Positions 1 through 12,100 of a stretch of DNA of 64,000 bases are shown piece after piece. The notes below the pieces were generated by a model, which had not been told where the DNA came from, did not search any database, and saw only the letters and a list, made by a program, of their open reading frames with translations. Source of the stretch: Botryllus schlosseri (Eukaryota); contig CM119372.1 in NCBI GenBank assembly GCA_051294905.1, forward strand, positions 39,682,001-39,746,000. The letters run 5' to 3'. The translations under genes and the position numbers were made by a program. Position 1 is the first letter of the stretch. Each line of letters opens with the position of its first letter.

Positions 1-156
1 CTGCCGCACGTCGCCGCCCGGTACAATCAAGACCAAGTTCTGGACTATTTATGCGAGCAACTGGCGAAGGAAAACTGCTCGGTTGATTCAGCTGACTATC
101 ACAGCAATACCGCAACGCATGAAGCCGCGGCGCAAGGCCATCTCAAGGCCCTTCAA
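1..156 (+). CDS. SNCAIP: SNCAIP-like exon, ankyrin repeats (partial at window start)
   Basis: Frame 1 LPHVAARYNQDQVLDYL...NTATHEAAAQGHLKALQ, then donor GTAAG at 157. Confidence 0.85.
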
Positions 157-3100
157 GTAAGCTAATCCGCAGTCGAGAGGTGGTAACGAGATGGTTACCG
201 CTACCCTTCTGTGAAACCATGTAATTAAAATCAATATTACATGGTATATCAACACTTTTATTGTATTATGATAAATTAACCATGTAACTAACATGATAAA
301 CGGAATAACGAAATAAGCAAACTTCATTTTCAATACTTGACCTTTCTATATTACTATTATATTACTATTCTATATTATTATTATTTTCCATTCAATGTCA
401 ATACCCCATAATTACATATAGTACAGCCCCAGGTGGGTGCTGTCTGTGATAACAAAGACTACTCCAAGCTGTTTCAACACCCTCCTATATATTCATAGCA
501 TCGCGATTTTGTGGTGGTTTGAAATGATAAAAATTCTTAACTATAAGCTCAATTACATGTAAACTCAACCGTTCGACTCAGAAACCATGTAATTAATATG
601 GATAATCAATATTGATATTAGATGGTCACCAGTATTATGATTTCATGGCAAATTAACCACAAAATAGCCATGATTAGAGGGTGGGTTGTTCTATAAGTTG
701 GGAGATCAGGAAGCATAAAAGGAGTATCAGCCTGGTGTAATTGACCATAATGATCATGAATAATGATGCAACAACAGTGGCAAGATGGCATAGTGGCATA
801 ATCCACAGCTGAAACACCAATGGGTTGCGGGTTCTAGTCCGACCGATGTCGACTCCAGAATTCCTACATAAGTGTTCAAGGTCTATCTAGGCTCCTCCTT
901 GCCACCTCATCCGTGAAAGCGGTGTGCTATAAAAGCCTAGAAGTGGGCTGTGCTACAAGTCGGCAGCTACGGAGTAAAATTAAAGACAATTGGCTTGGTG
1001 TAAATGACCATTGACCATAGTAGTCGACAAACACCATGAATACCTCAAACAACAATACAGCGACAATTATGATAATTATCATCGAAACCATGAAATATAT
1101 ACAGGGTTATCAGGATCAGTAATGTAGTAGGCTAATCGACTTCTATATTTTGGAGAATAATTTTGATTGGGCCCCACTTCTACTTAACTGCGTTTCAACC
1201 CAACTTCCTTACTGTCCACACCTTTGATTTTGCAAGGTAGCAAGTAGTTTGGATTAAGCTTGTGTGAGTGTGCTTTTATGAGTACAATTATCGTAAGAAC
1301 CGCGAAAAATAGCCCATGTTGCTCGGTAACTGCATATATATCAATTGAGTGCACATGTTTGAAACGTTATTAGTCGATCCATGGAAGTCGTGGAGATGCA
1401 TTATGCAATTATTAACGCAGTCACCTCCGAGATATAGTCAAGGGAGTTCTAATTGAGAGTGTCCGTTTAAAATACTATATAGTAGACTGGAATGCTTTTT
1501 GTACAGGTACAATGGGCGTAGGTGAACCTATTGTTTCGGTTCTTTGAATGGGAGTCTTTATCCTTACAAGCATAGTTCGTATTGTGTAGCCTTTGATACC
1601 GTGCGCTATTACTGGTGAATGGAGAATGGATTACGCTTCGTAGGATACTTCTATCAGTGCGGGACTTTGAGCTATTATATTGGTTAGGCTACCGGATTGA
1701 AATAGATTGCTCTTACTGCTGAAATACTTATGGAATTCGTTACAAAAACATATCAGTGCCACCATATCCAAACAGACATAAGTCATTCTTGAAATGGAAT
1801 GGATCAACACTATGTAATACCTATGATTCGATGAACGCTATGAAACATGCTACATATAGTTTGAAAATTGAGTTGAGTTCACGACAGTGATGTTGAACGA
1901 TATTTAACAAAATTTATAATACTAAAATGAATTGTATAAATTATTCTGTACATGTTATTAACTTAATCGTGAACATTCATCCGAGGAATCAGTTATACGT
2001 TATATTCCCTTATAGCGTTGGTTCTAAACCTACCAGCCCTTACGCTAATCGGAAATCAAATGTTACTGAATTGCCGTACTGTATTGTATTTCATCACTGT
2101 ACAAAATGTATAGTGGGTGTCAAATCGGTATGATCCGACAGTCACTGTTTACTGCATCATCATAACTCTTTCAGTCTGATTGATTCACCAGATATGGTGT
2201 CCAAAATCAACGCCAAAATTAAGATGTGCGTGTAATTGACTTAATCGTGAACATTCTGGCGACTAATCGATTCCACGTTATATATTCCCCTTACAGCATT
2301 GGTTCTCAACATACCAGGCCTTACGCTAGTCGGAAACCCTTCGGCGAATACAAATTTTCACAAAGTTAAAAAACATGTAAAATTTACGACCTTGTATTAC
2401 TATATAGGCCAGTGGTCGGGAACCTATGGCTCGCGAGCCATATATGGCTCTTTTGGACATAAAGTATGGCTCTTTCCGAAAATTATAATTTTGTGCATAA
2501 TTTATCAATATTGCAGCAACCTGTTATTAAATCTTCAGCACGATCAGAATAATTATTCTTGTGGCAGTATAAACATGTCTTGAGAGGTTAATACAGTGGC
2601 GTATTCAGGGTTAGTGGCTCAAACCCCGTTTCAAAATCCTCATATCTAAGTTGCTGTCTCGCCTGCGACCAATCTCACTCCCAAATTTCGAAGTATCCGA
2701 CACGAAATCTCGGATGGCGATGAGTTGATTGCATCATTGAGAATAGCAGACAAGCCGACGCCTGTATGACAATACAGTTTTCAAATACACATTGTCTTCC
2801 TGATCTACGGCGAGAAACAAACTCCGTGGAAGTGACATTCACAATTACAAATTAAAATTACAAACAACGCCATAGTGATCCACGTTCTTGATTGACAACG
2901 TAGCTTTGTAGTTGCTGTCCAAATGTAGGCGTGTGGCACAACGTTGGGTTACCGCCGAATACTTTTGAGAATTAAGAAATCAAATCAAAATCGGTGCGGC
3001 AATTGCATTCAATTATTACACTGGTCAACAGAACGAAAAAAAATTGGGCAGAACATCTAAAAGCCGTTTCTGGCGTTTTCGAGGTTGCTGATTACGAATA

Positions 3101-6100
3101 TCACATTAGTGATTAGAGATTGGCTCTTGTACCCCTAAAAAAGTTCAAAATTACTGCATTTACCATTGAATATTTCACTTGGCAAGAAGAAAATCGTAGT
3201 TTTTTTTCTAATTTTATACTGCACTTCAATAGATAATAATTGACTCTGAAGAACCCTCGTGTTGTCCACATGGGTTATCTCCAAAACAAGAGCCAATTTG
3301 AAAAAAAAACAAGGCCATTTTCGGAATCAGCGCCCTTCAGAACCACCAAAACCACTCTTACTTTGTATGCCTAAAAATATATGTTGACCATGCAGTGTTA
3401 TCAGTTATTATAAATTCTTTGATATTTACGATGAATTGCGCTATGTTAATCCCGGCCGTGCCTCACCTATGCCTTACCTCCCCTTTCACGCTATATTTTC
3501 GAACAATAAATGGCAAGGTGCGTGATTTTCGTAGTAAAAATGTTCAAAATCTAGTAGACAGGTAAGGCACTGCCTCACGTGCCTCCCCTGAAACCACGTC
3601 ATACACTGACGCCAGACATGGGGTGATTACTTCATGAATGTAATCGATTGCGATTACGATTACTTCAGAATCACGCGATTACGATTACGATTACAGCAAA
3701 ATCAGGAAGTAGTCGATTACGATTACGATTACATTGGAAAAGTAATCACGATTACTCACGATTACATTTATTTTGCTTATTCTTAGAACTAATCTTAGGA
3801 GATATATTGGAAGACAATATAAGGCCTATTGATTTACCAACATTCTTTATAAATGATGCGTCAGTTGCTTGTTACGTCATAATGTAGCCATTTCCAAACA
3901 ATACAGGATTTATCGCACCCAACGATTTGCATTCTTGCCAGCTAGGTCCGTAACTTCCGCACCCAAAAATCACCAATAGGGTGGGGAGCGAGCTCTAAGT
4001 AGAATCAAAAATACTTCGTAAATCAACATAAATTATAGAGTATTTTCGAAAGATTTAATCAACTTGAAATTTTTTTTCTAGCTTCGCGATTTAAATGTTT
4101 CTAGATAGCTTACTTTTGAGATTCATACCTCTTCCCCTCAAGAAAAAAACATGCATAATTTATGGTAATAGGCATTTGCGTGATGGTCATTACCGCGTCA
4201 CGACACACCAAAAGACATATGCAGTTTGGGCCAATATGCGACTAAAGAAAGACTTCCGAAACTTAGTGTATTTGTCCGTCGTCAATATCCGCGCTGGGTG
4301 GGCGTGACTAATAGTGCTGTCTTTCCAATCTGAGCACACAATGCAAATGCCAACCGAGGGCACCCACAGACGAATAAAGGCATGACAATTTGTGTGAACG
4401 TCTCACGAAGTTTTTTTGGTCTGCTATACGTTTGGGCGACTGCAACATCTTTTTATTACTTAAGGGATCGGAGGTCACAATTTAACAACCTACCAGATGG
4501 TAATGATTATGAATTACGTCCCCCGGATCTACAAGTAAATCTGACCATCGGGGACTGGAGAGGATCAAAAATGATTAATAAGATGATTAGGGTTGCATTT
4601 AAAACATACGGTGTTTTAAAACACTGCCATTAAAACATGTTTTAAGCAGTGTTATAAACCAAGGCCTTTAAAAAACAAAATTGTGTTGTTTTTTAGTTGT
4701 GAAATTATGCCATATTGTGTAAATACTTTCCAAAAAACATGTTGTATGGGCCGTATACGGACAATCACCTTCCGATATAGCTAACGTATATCGATATGGG
4801 ATGGTTGAAACCCTCAAAATAGTCGGTTCAACAGCAATAGTAGCCTACATATATTTCGTCAAATGAGCTATATTTACCCCATAGTTTCAATTGTCAATGT
4901 CAATCCACTATGACATCAAAATTGAATATTCGTGACGTCATGGCTTAAAGGAAAACAACTAAAACATGTTTTAATAAACAAGGCCCTTGTTTTAAACATG
5001 TTTGTTTTTAATTGATTTTCGTTTTAACTACAACCCTAAATATAATACAATTACCAATATTCTTGACGAAATTCTGTCTTGAAGTTGAAAATTGACCACT
5101 CTATGAGGCCCAAAACTCAATTGCTGTTTTGGTCTGATTTTAGCTACAATAACCCACGTGCACAATGCACATGGTGTATAAGCGGATGGCTATGGCGGCA
5201 GGTCCGAATATTGAGTAAAGACTTGAGAAATATCGATTGGCGCCCGTTTCAAGTAGAGTCATATGAGAATAAGATAAAGGAAACATGATATTCTACCTTC
5301 AACTCAATACAGATACTGCCACTTACCGTTACGAGAAACGGCAAAGACCGTCTCGGTTATAATATATATTAGCAGCTGTTGATCTTTAATTCGTCGTTGT
5401 GGAAACTGTGATGTTTTATTTGACGAGTACAAAATTTCAAATCTTTGTATGGTGTACGTTGTACGTACGTACATGCTACATAGGCCTGCTGTTCGCCAAG
5501 CAGCAACGGTCAAACTACGTATAACTAAGAATAACCATTAACCAAACATCAATACATAAGTTACTATATTTAACACTAGGCAGAGTGGGGATTATTATCC
5601 TGCTGCGAGGTAGTGGCGTCTGAAGTTGTACTCGAAGATGTATATATTCAAAGAAGTAATAAAACACGTCAACTGAAACAGCAACACACAGTCCCCTCAC
5701 GTCCACTACACGCTTCCACTACCCCCCGACTCCGAGCCGCCGCCAAGCGTCTCTTTGTACGATGGTTCGCATGAAGCACATCACATCCCCCCCTGATCTA
5801 AAGATCACAAAATTGCAGTTACAGTAATAACCCCAACGACAGCAAAAAGTAAACGAGGCAAGAACAAAAACCCAGCAAAGGTAAAATGTCCAGTGTCCAC
5901 TCATACGTCAACAAAGTAATCGGCCCACCATCTGGGCGGGACCCTATCACGAGAGGCGCGTTCAGTGTCTTGTCCGTCTTCCGATGCTCTTTGAACAGTA
6001 CCCTCAACAGGTGGTTCAAGGTTGTTGTGCTCTCTCTCCTGCCCAACTTCCTCCTGGTTGAAGACCAGGTCTCTTTGACTGACAGCATCAGGCGGTTCAG

Positions 6101-9100
6101 GATTGTCATACTCCCTGACCTCCCCCACCTCATCCCCGTCAAACACCAGTTCCAACATTCTGGAAGGAACCTTACCACTGCCGGCAATTTTCCGTCGCTC
6201 CCCCACCATGTGCCTAACATCAGCAACATGCCTGTTTCTGCCGTCCACTTCCACCACAGCATCCGCAACTATCCCTGTCACCGTTCCCTCCCTCCACGGC
6301 GTGAAACACCTCGCGTTTCCAGGTTTCACAAAAACCTCCTCTCCCACCACATATGGGTTTGCATCGGTTGATCTATTCATTTCGTTCACGGGAGATCCTG
6401 GCAACCTTACCGGATAACGGAGGACAGCTTCCGCCGGAACAATTCCTTCTGCGTTCGGAGTGTGATTGTACCAGAACGCCATTTCCTCCACACTTCTTCC
6501 AGACCGAGCAGCCATTCTCTTAATCGTTCTATGGTTTCGTTCAATGATCCCATTTCCAGAATGTTTGTAGCCACAGCTCGTCATATGCGTAACTCCCCAG
6601 TCTTTGAGAAACTGAACTGTCTTCTGGCATGTGAAACCAGCGCCCTGATCTGTCAGGATCTGACTTGGCGGTCCCCTCTCCAAGAAGACCTGCTGAAGGT
6701 TCCGGATAATCTGGTCGGCTGATTCATTCGCCACCTTTCTCCAGATTGTGAATCGACTCGGCCCGCAGTCGATCATACTCAAGTATGGCTGGTTACCGAC
6801 GTAAGTTATATCCAATGCCAAACGCTCCCACACGTTCTCCACTGACAGCTGGCCATGTTCCCATCTAACAGGGCTAGGGTCGATTTGTTGGCACATTCTA
6901 CAATTTCCGATCACGTTTTTCACTAATTCCTGACTTACATCATCCGCGATACATCTTTGTGCGAGGAAAAGTGTTCTCGCGATTCCTAGGTGATGCTTCT
7001 CATGAATCTCGCGCACTTGATTCCTTAATGCGTTTGCTGCCCCAACCGCCATACCCACTCGTTTCAGCCACGTCTTTGGGACCCTTGTCAAGGAATCAGC
7101 AATATTCTCACCTGATGGAACCAAACGAATCGTCAACTTAAGAGCATACTCCTCAATGAGCTGCGAGATTATTCCCAACCGTCTCTTCGTGACCATCTCG
7201 CTTATCCCACCCACTTTTGGTCTGTGACTGTCTTCCAGTATAGAACTCACCCAATTGTACACACTGGTTGAGTCCGTAACCACTTCAACGTTCTTTATAT
7301 TCCACTTCAGCACCATGTTTAATCCTTTCACTACTGCATCCAACTCCGCAACATTGATATGCCCACTGTCACTCTGCTTACGCATCCACGCCGCGTCTTC
7401 TACAACGGCACCATCTACTCTCAAGCAACACCCAACAGCCAAATTGCTTGCATCACACCACACTTGCGCCTGACCACTAGGAGACACACACCAAATCCCA
7501 CCGACTGGATCTTCTTTCCGCACCCTGGCCATCACATCTTCGGCCAGAGTCCTCACTTGCTCCGGAACAACTGCATCCCATTCAACCTCGTTGGCAAGTC
7601 TTTTGACATAACTACATGCCACTCTCAACCATCCCGCCACAGGATAATGTCCCATTAACTTCCCAAACAGCGAAAACAGTGCTCTCTTTGTCAGGGATTC
7701 TGCCACCACAGGAAGTTCTCCATCTCTCCTCCATTTCCGCACTCCGCCTTCTTCTGCCATGACTCTAAGGCCCAGTACGCGAGCATCACATATCGACACT
7801 GGCTCTTTTGTCTGCAAACCGTACTTGGCCAGGTGATTCTTCACCTTTCCAACATCGACAACACTCGCATCGACCCATATGTCATCGATATAGTGATCTG
7901 TTCCTTGAGCCACTTCCTCATCCAGACCTAGAACCGTGCCGATAATCTTTGACATAATTTTTGGAGCTACGTTCAGCCCAAATCCCATTCGCGTCATGAC
8001 GTATCTTTTGCCTTGGTACTCAACAACCTGAAACCGCTGCAGTCGCTCTGACACATGAATCTGCAAATACGCTTTTCTCAGATCAAGGACATATGCATTT
8101 TCACCGGTCGTTCGCCAAGACCTTAGCTTTTCTTGACATACCGCAGTGTCCAGACCGGGGTGACTCGTGACATAAGTGTTGAGTTCTCGGTAGTCCATCA
8201 CCGGCCGCACTTTACGTTGCTTATTTGGTTGCTTCACAGCCATGAGCGGGATTAATCCGTCTTGGTGCCCATGCTTTGCAGGGCAATACTCTTGCAGCCA
8301 CCCATCTTTGATCCACTGATCAACTTCGCCAGTAAAGGCCTCGCAACACTCTGATGGAACTGGGTACATTGCACAGCGGTTTCTTATCTCCGGCTCTTCT
8401 TCGTTCTCCCACACCCATTCCACAGTCCACTTCTCCCCATCGAAAACAGCTTTGAAATCGCAGTCAACTACTTCCACTGGCTGAATACTCGAGGCAACCT
8501 TCGTTGCAACACATGCTTTAATCGCACGAAGTCCAAACTTCGCGTTTAGGTCAGCATCAACCTCAACACCCCCAAGTACTTTCACGATATCATCCCCCAG
8601 CACTATCTTTGCATTGTACACCAGATCCGACGCCACTAAGAACTCGATTTCTACAGCAATACCATCAATCGTCACCTTTGCCCGCACCCACCCTGGGCAA
8701 GTAGTGAGTGTCCCATTTAACATTTCCACAACTATATAAGGTCCTTTTGGTGTCAGACCCAGTTGTTTACATAAGTCCTCATGAATAACTGACCGCTCAC
8801 AACCAGTGTCCACCAGCCCATTTGTCACCATGCCACAAATCTCCACTGGCACAAATGGTAGCACCTTTCGCCCTCCTAATGCGATGCGGAGGGGGCGTCC
8901 GGTGCCAACGTCCCTCCCTGGCCTTTTCCCGCAGCCGGATTTCCTTTACATTGTCTGGCGATGTGTCCCCATTGTCCACAAGCAAAGCACTTCCTTGGAG
9001 CATTGTCATAGTATCTTTGTGCACCAGTAGAATTTCTACTTCGGCAGTCTCTGGCAATGTGACCCTCTTCCTTACATATGTAGCAGGGGCCGTATACTCT

Positions 9101-12100
9101 ACGCTGAGCCCCAGCAGCACAAAACACACTTTCACCATCTTTTGTGGGCAATAGTACACGTGCCCGAGATGCAATACGGTCCAACTCTAATTGCTCTACC
9201 TCAGCCATAGACTTAAGCTGTGTCTTGGCATCTGCAGGCAAACCAGCAATGAATGCACACTTAATTATTGGATTAGCCCTATCCCCGTCCAGACCTATCA
9301 ACATTGCCAACCTCTTCAGATCAGACAGGAATACATCAACCGATTCCCCGACTTGAAGTACACGGTTACGGAATTGTTCATATGCCACATAGCAATCCAC
9401 TCCAAAAGCTGCCAATAACCCCTTTTTAATCAATTTATAATCCTTCCTCGTCGCCTCAGGCAATTGTTTATACACCGCAAATGCCGGCCCGTCGAGCAAT
9501 AAGGGTAGGGTGTTCACGAGAGACGCAGTCGAATCTTGCAGTTTGGCAACCAATTCCAATTTCTCCGCCCATTCTGCAAAGTCGCCTGACGTTCCATAGT
9601 CCACATAATTCTTGACGATATCCGTTAACTTGACACTTGTCATCTTGGCCGCGATAGCTTGTACTCGAAGATGTATATATTCAAAGAAGTAATAAAACAC
9701 GTCAACTGAAACAGCAACACACAGTCCCCTCACGTCCACTACACGCTTCCACTACCCCCCGACTCCGAGCCGCCGCCAAGCGTCTCTTTGTACGATGGTT
9801 CGCATGAAGCACATCACAGAAGTGCATTGATAATCCGATATTCACAGCGGTGTGTGTTATTACATCGAATACATATTTACTATGTGTGGATACTTCTTAC
9901 GCAATGACACGAGCAAAGCTAATACTTCTGACGTAATAATGAGGAGTAGCGTTTGAAAATCAGACGTTTGTGCTATCACTAACCTCGTATAATATCTGTT
10001 CCGTGTTCAAGAATGTTCAGTTTATGTCATAGTCCTTGTGCAAATAAAAAGTAATCGTACTTTCACAAAGAAATCCATTAGATATGGGAAGTAGTCGATT
10101 ACGATTACGATTACTTCGGATTTTTTTCGAATGTAATCGATTGCGATTACGATTACTTCAAAATGCTGTGATCGTCGTAATCGATTACGATTACTAATCG
10201 CGATTACCCCATGTCTGACTGACGCATCACACATTACAGTGGGTATGCAATATGCATGCTGCTGTGTAGTGACCATCATGTTTGGCCCCGCCTACTTATG
10301 TCCCCATGGGTCCCCGCATTGAAGAATATCGTCAAGACGAACCTACGATCTCATATAACTGACGAAAGTCGACGAATTTGCGCTACCATGACGTCACGAT
10401 TTTTCAATTGTGACGTATTAGTTGATTAAAATGTATGGCTCTTTGGAACTTAAAATGGAAAATATGGAGTCAATATGGCTCTTCGGACAAAAAAGGTTCC
10501 CGACCACTGATATAGGCCTATTACTGGTGCACTATAAATGAACGGTGCACGGTGCATCGCAGTGTAAAAGAGCAAGGTCAGTAAAACAGAATTTTATTTT
10601 AAACAAAGACATCATATCAAGTATTTACTGTAAACCGGAAGGATGTGTTCTGTATGACTCGGTGTATCTCTTGACCTCCAGAGAAACCCCTCGCTCGTGT
10701 GAACCCCAACTAAGAACCGCTGCGTTACAGGCCACAACGATTATGTCATGTATGATAAGTCCATGTATATTATAAGTTCATTAAGGTGTAACATTATTGA
10801 TCGATTCATTCCCTCATTCATGCAGGTGCTGGTTGGCAAAGGAGCTTCCGTAACTGTTCTCAACTCCAACGGTGACACGCCGGGTCAAGTAGCGGACAAA
10901 AATGGAATGGATCTTTGCGTCGGATACTTGGTCGTAGTTGAAACTTGCATGTCACTCGCCCAACAACTCATTCGAGTTAAATTGGAAAACGAAGGGTGAG
11001 AATTTATACTTTTATATTTTCCGATTAGGAAGCGCCTTTAATTAGGGTTGTTAAAAATGCATCGTTTCAAACGCACTGGGGCCCAACAATATTGCTAGGT
11101 TGCCTAAATAAATACACACAAAATTTGGCTCAATTCTAACCCAAAATGCGTGGTTATTGGGGTGGAATATTTTGGATTTGATATTTGATATTTACTCTGT
11201 ATTCAGACTGGTCAAAGATAACGCCAACTTGAAGTCGCAAGTGCAAGCTTTAAACGAGGCCAAATTAACCGCGGCCAGACAATCCGTGGAAGAAAGAATA
11301 AAGGCAACGTTACAGGGGATATCATCTTGCGATGAAGACGAAGGTTGGATCATATTGCCTTAATATCTTGGCATCAAACATTATTGATTTGTCATAGGCG
11401 GAGAAATATTCCAAAAATAAAAGTAATATATATCAAAAACAACACGTTGACGGAGAACTGCCCAAACAACGCATACCCTCCCCAGCGTGGCATACGGCGA
11501 GCCGCATTAACATTCATGATAATAAATATCGCAGTAAGACATACTATATGGCCAGACATCAAATTCATAATATCAAGTGGTAGGCAGAGGTGGTCAAAGT
11601 ATAGTCACCGTCGCCACTCATGTGGACTTACAAGTAAGTTGGAAATAAAGTATTTCAGGGCTACTTTTATCTAATAAACTGAAAACTTTAGTAGAAGTAG
11701 AAGCAGTCTATAATCGTAACCACTTGAGATAGTGGTCCGAGTAGGTAAAATCTACTTGAAGTACTTCTAAAAGTATGAGTATTACGTTACTGACTCCTTT
11801 GGTTGTGGGCCGATCTGAACAAGAGCAAACCATTGACATACTTGGTCGATTATTGCCAGATATGGTCTTGGGACAGAAAGCCAAGAAGCTAATACTTACT
11901 TCCCTATACCTACCTACCGTGAGCATCAAATATCGTATTTTTTCTTTAGTGTGCTTCGTAATGAAGGCTTTTGGTTACAAGGAAAGGGCTATTACGCGCA
12001 TAGTCATGTCAATATGCCACACTTCCCTTCAAAATGGGTTGTTTGGTCTGCGATAGTTACGGTTATCTCCATGATATCTATGTTTTCAGACAGTATCGTG

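Larger units (their letters stand above)
5627..9818 (-). mobile_element. Full-length Gypsy/Ty3-like LTR retrotransposon (4192 bp)
   Basis: Two identical 159-bp TG...CA LTRs; 5-bp TSD GAAGT (5622-5626, 9819-9823); gag + PR-RT-RH-IN pol; polypurine tract. Confidence 0.97.
3613..10217. mobile_element. Non-autonomous hAT-type element with (CGATTA)n subterminal arrays (middle layer of nest)
   Basis: TIR CAGACATGGGGT / ACCCCATGTCTG; 8-bp TSD ACTGACGC (3605-3612, 10218-10225); CGATTA arrays at 3640-3765 and 10095-10206. Confidence 0.9.
2410..10509. mobile_element. Non-autonomous hAT-type element (outer layer of nest)
   Basis: 16-bp perfect TIR CAGTGGTCGGGAACCT / AGGTTCCCGACCACTG; 8-bp TSD ATATAGGC (2402-2409, 10510-10517). 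Confidence 0.9.

Noticed and set aside
779..850. Possible tRNA gene
   Set aside because: A/B boxes present but no convincing cloverleaf, and it continues into a repeated body, so called a SINE head.
3640..3765. (CGATTA)n and similar short arrays (GACTC, AGTAGA, ATCCCGGG) as CRISPR-like repeats
   Set aside because: No unique spacers and no cas genes; they are subterminal repeats of TIR elements in a eukaryotic genome.
5515..5706. 63-aa ORF sharing its N-terminus with the gag ORF call
   Set aside because: Artefact of the LTR duplication; gag most plausibly starts at ATG 9643.
5819..7658. Short ORFs overlapping pol on either strand (e.g. 5886-6371, 5819-6268, 7359-7658)
   Set aside because: Shadow frames of the long pol ORF with no recognisable domains; no env-like ORF, and only ~115 bp separate the pol stop from the 3' LTR.
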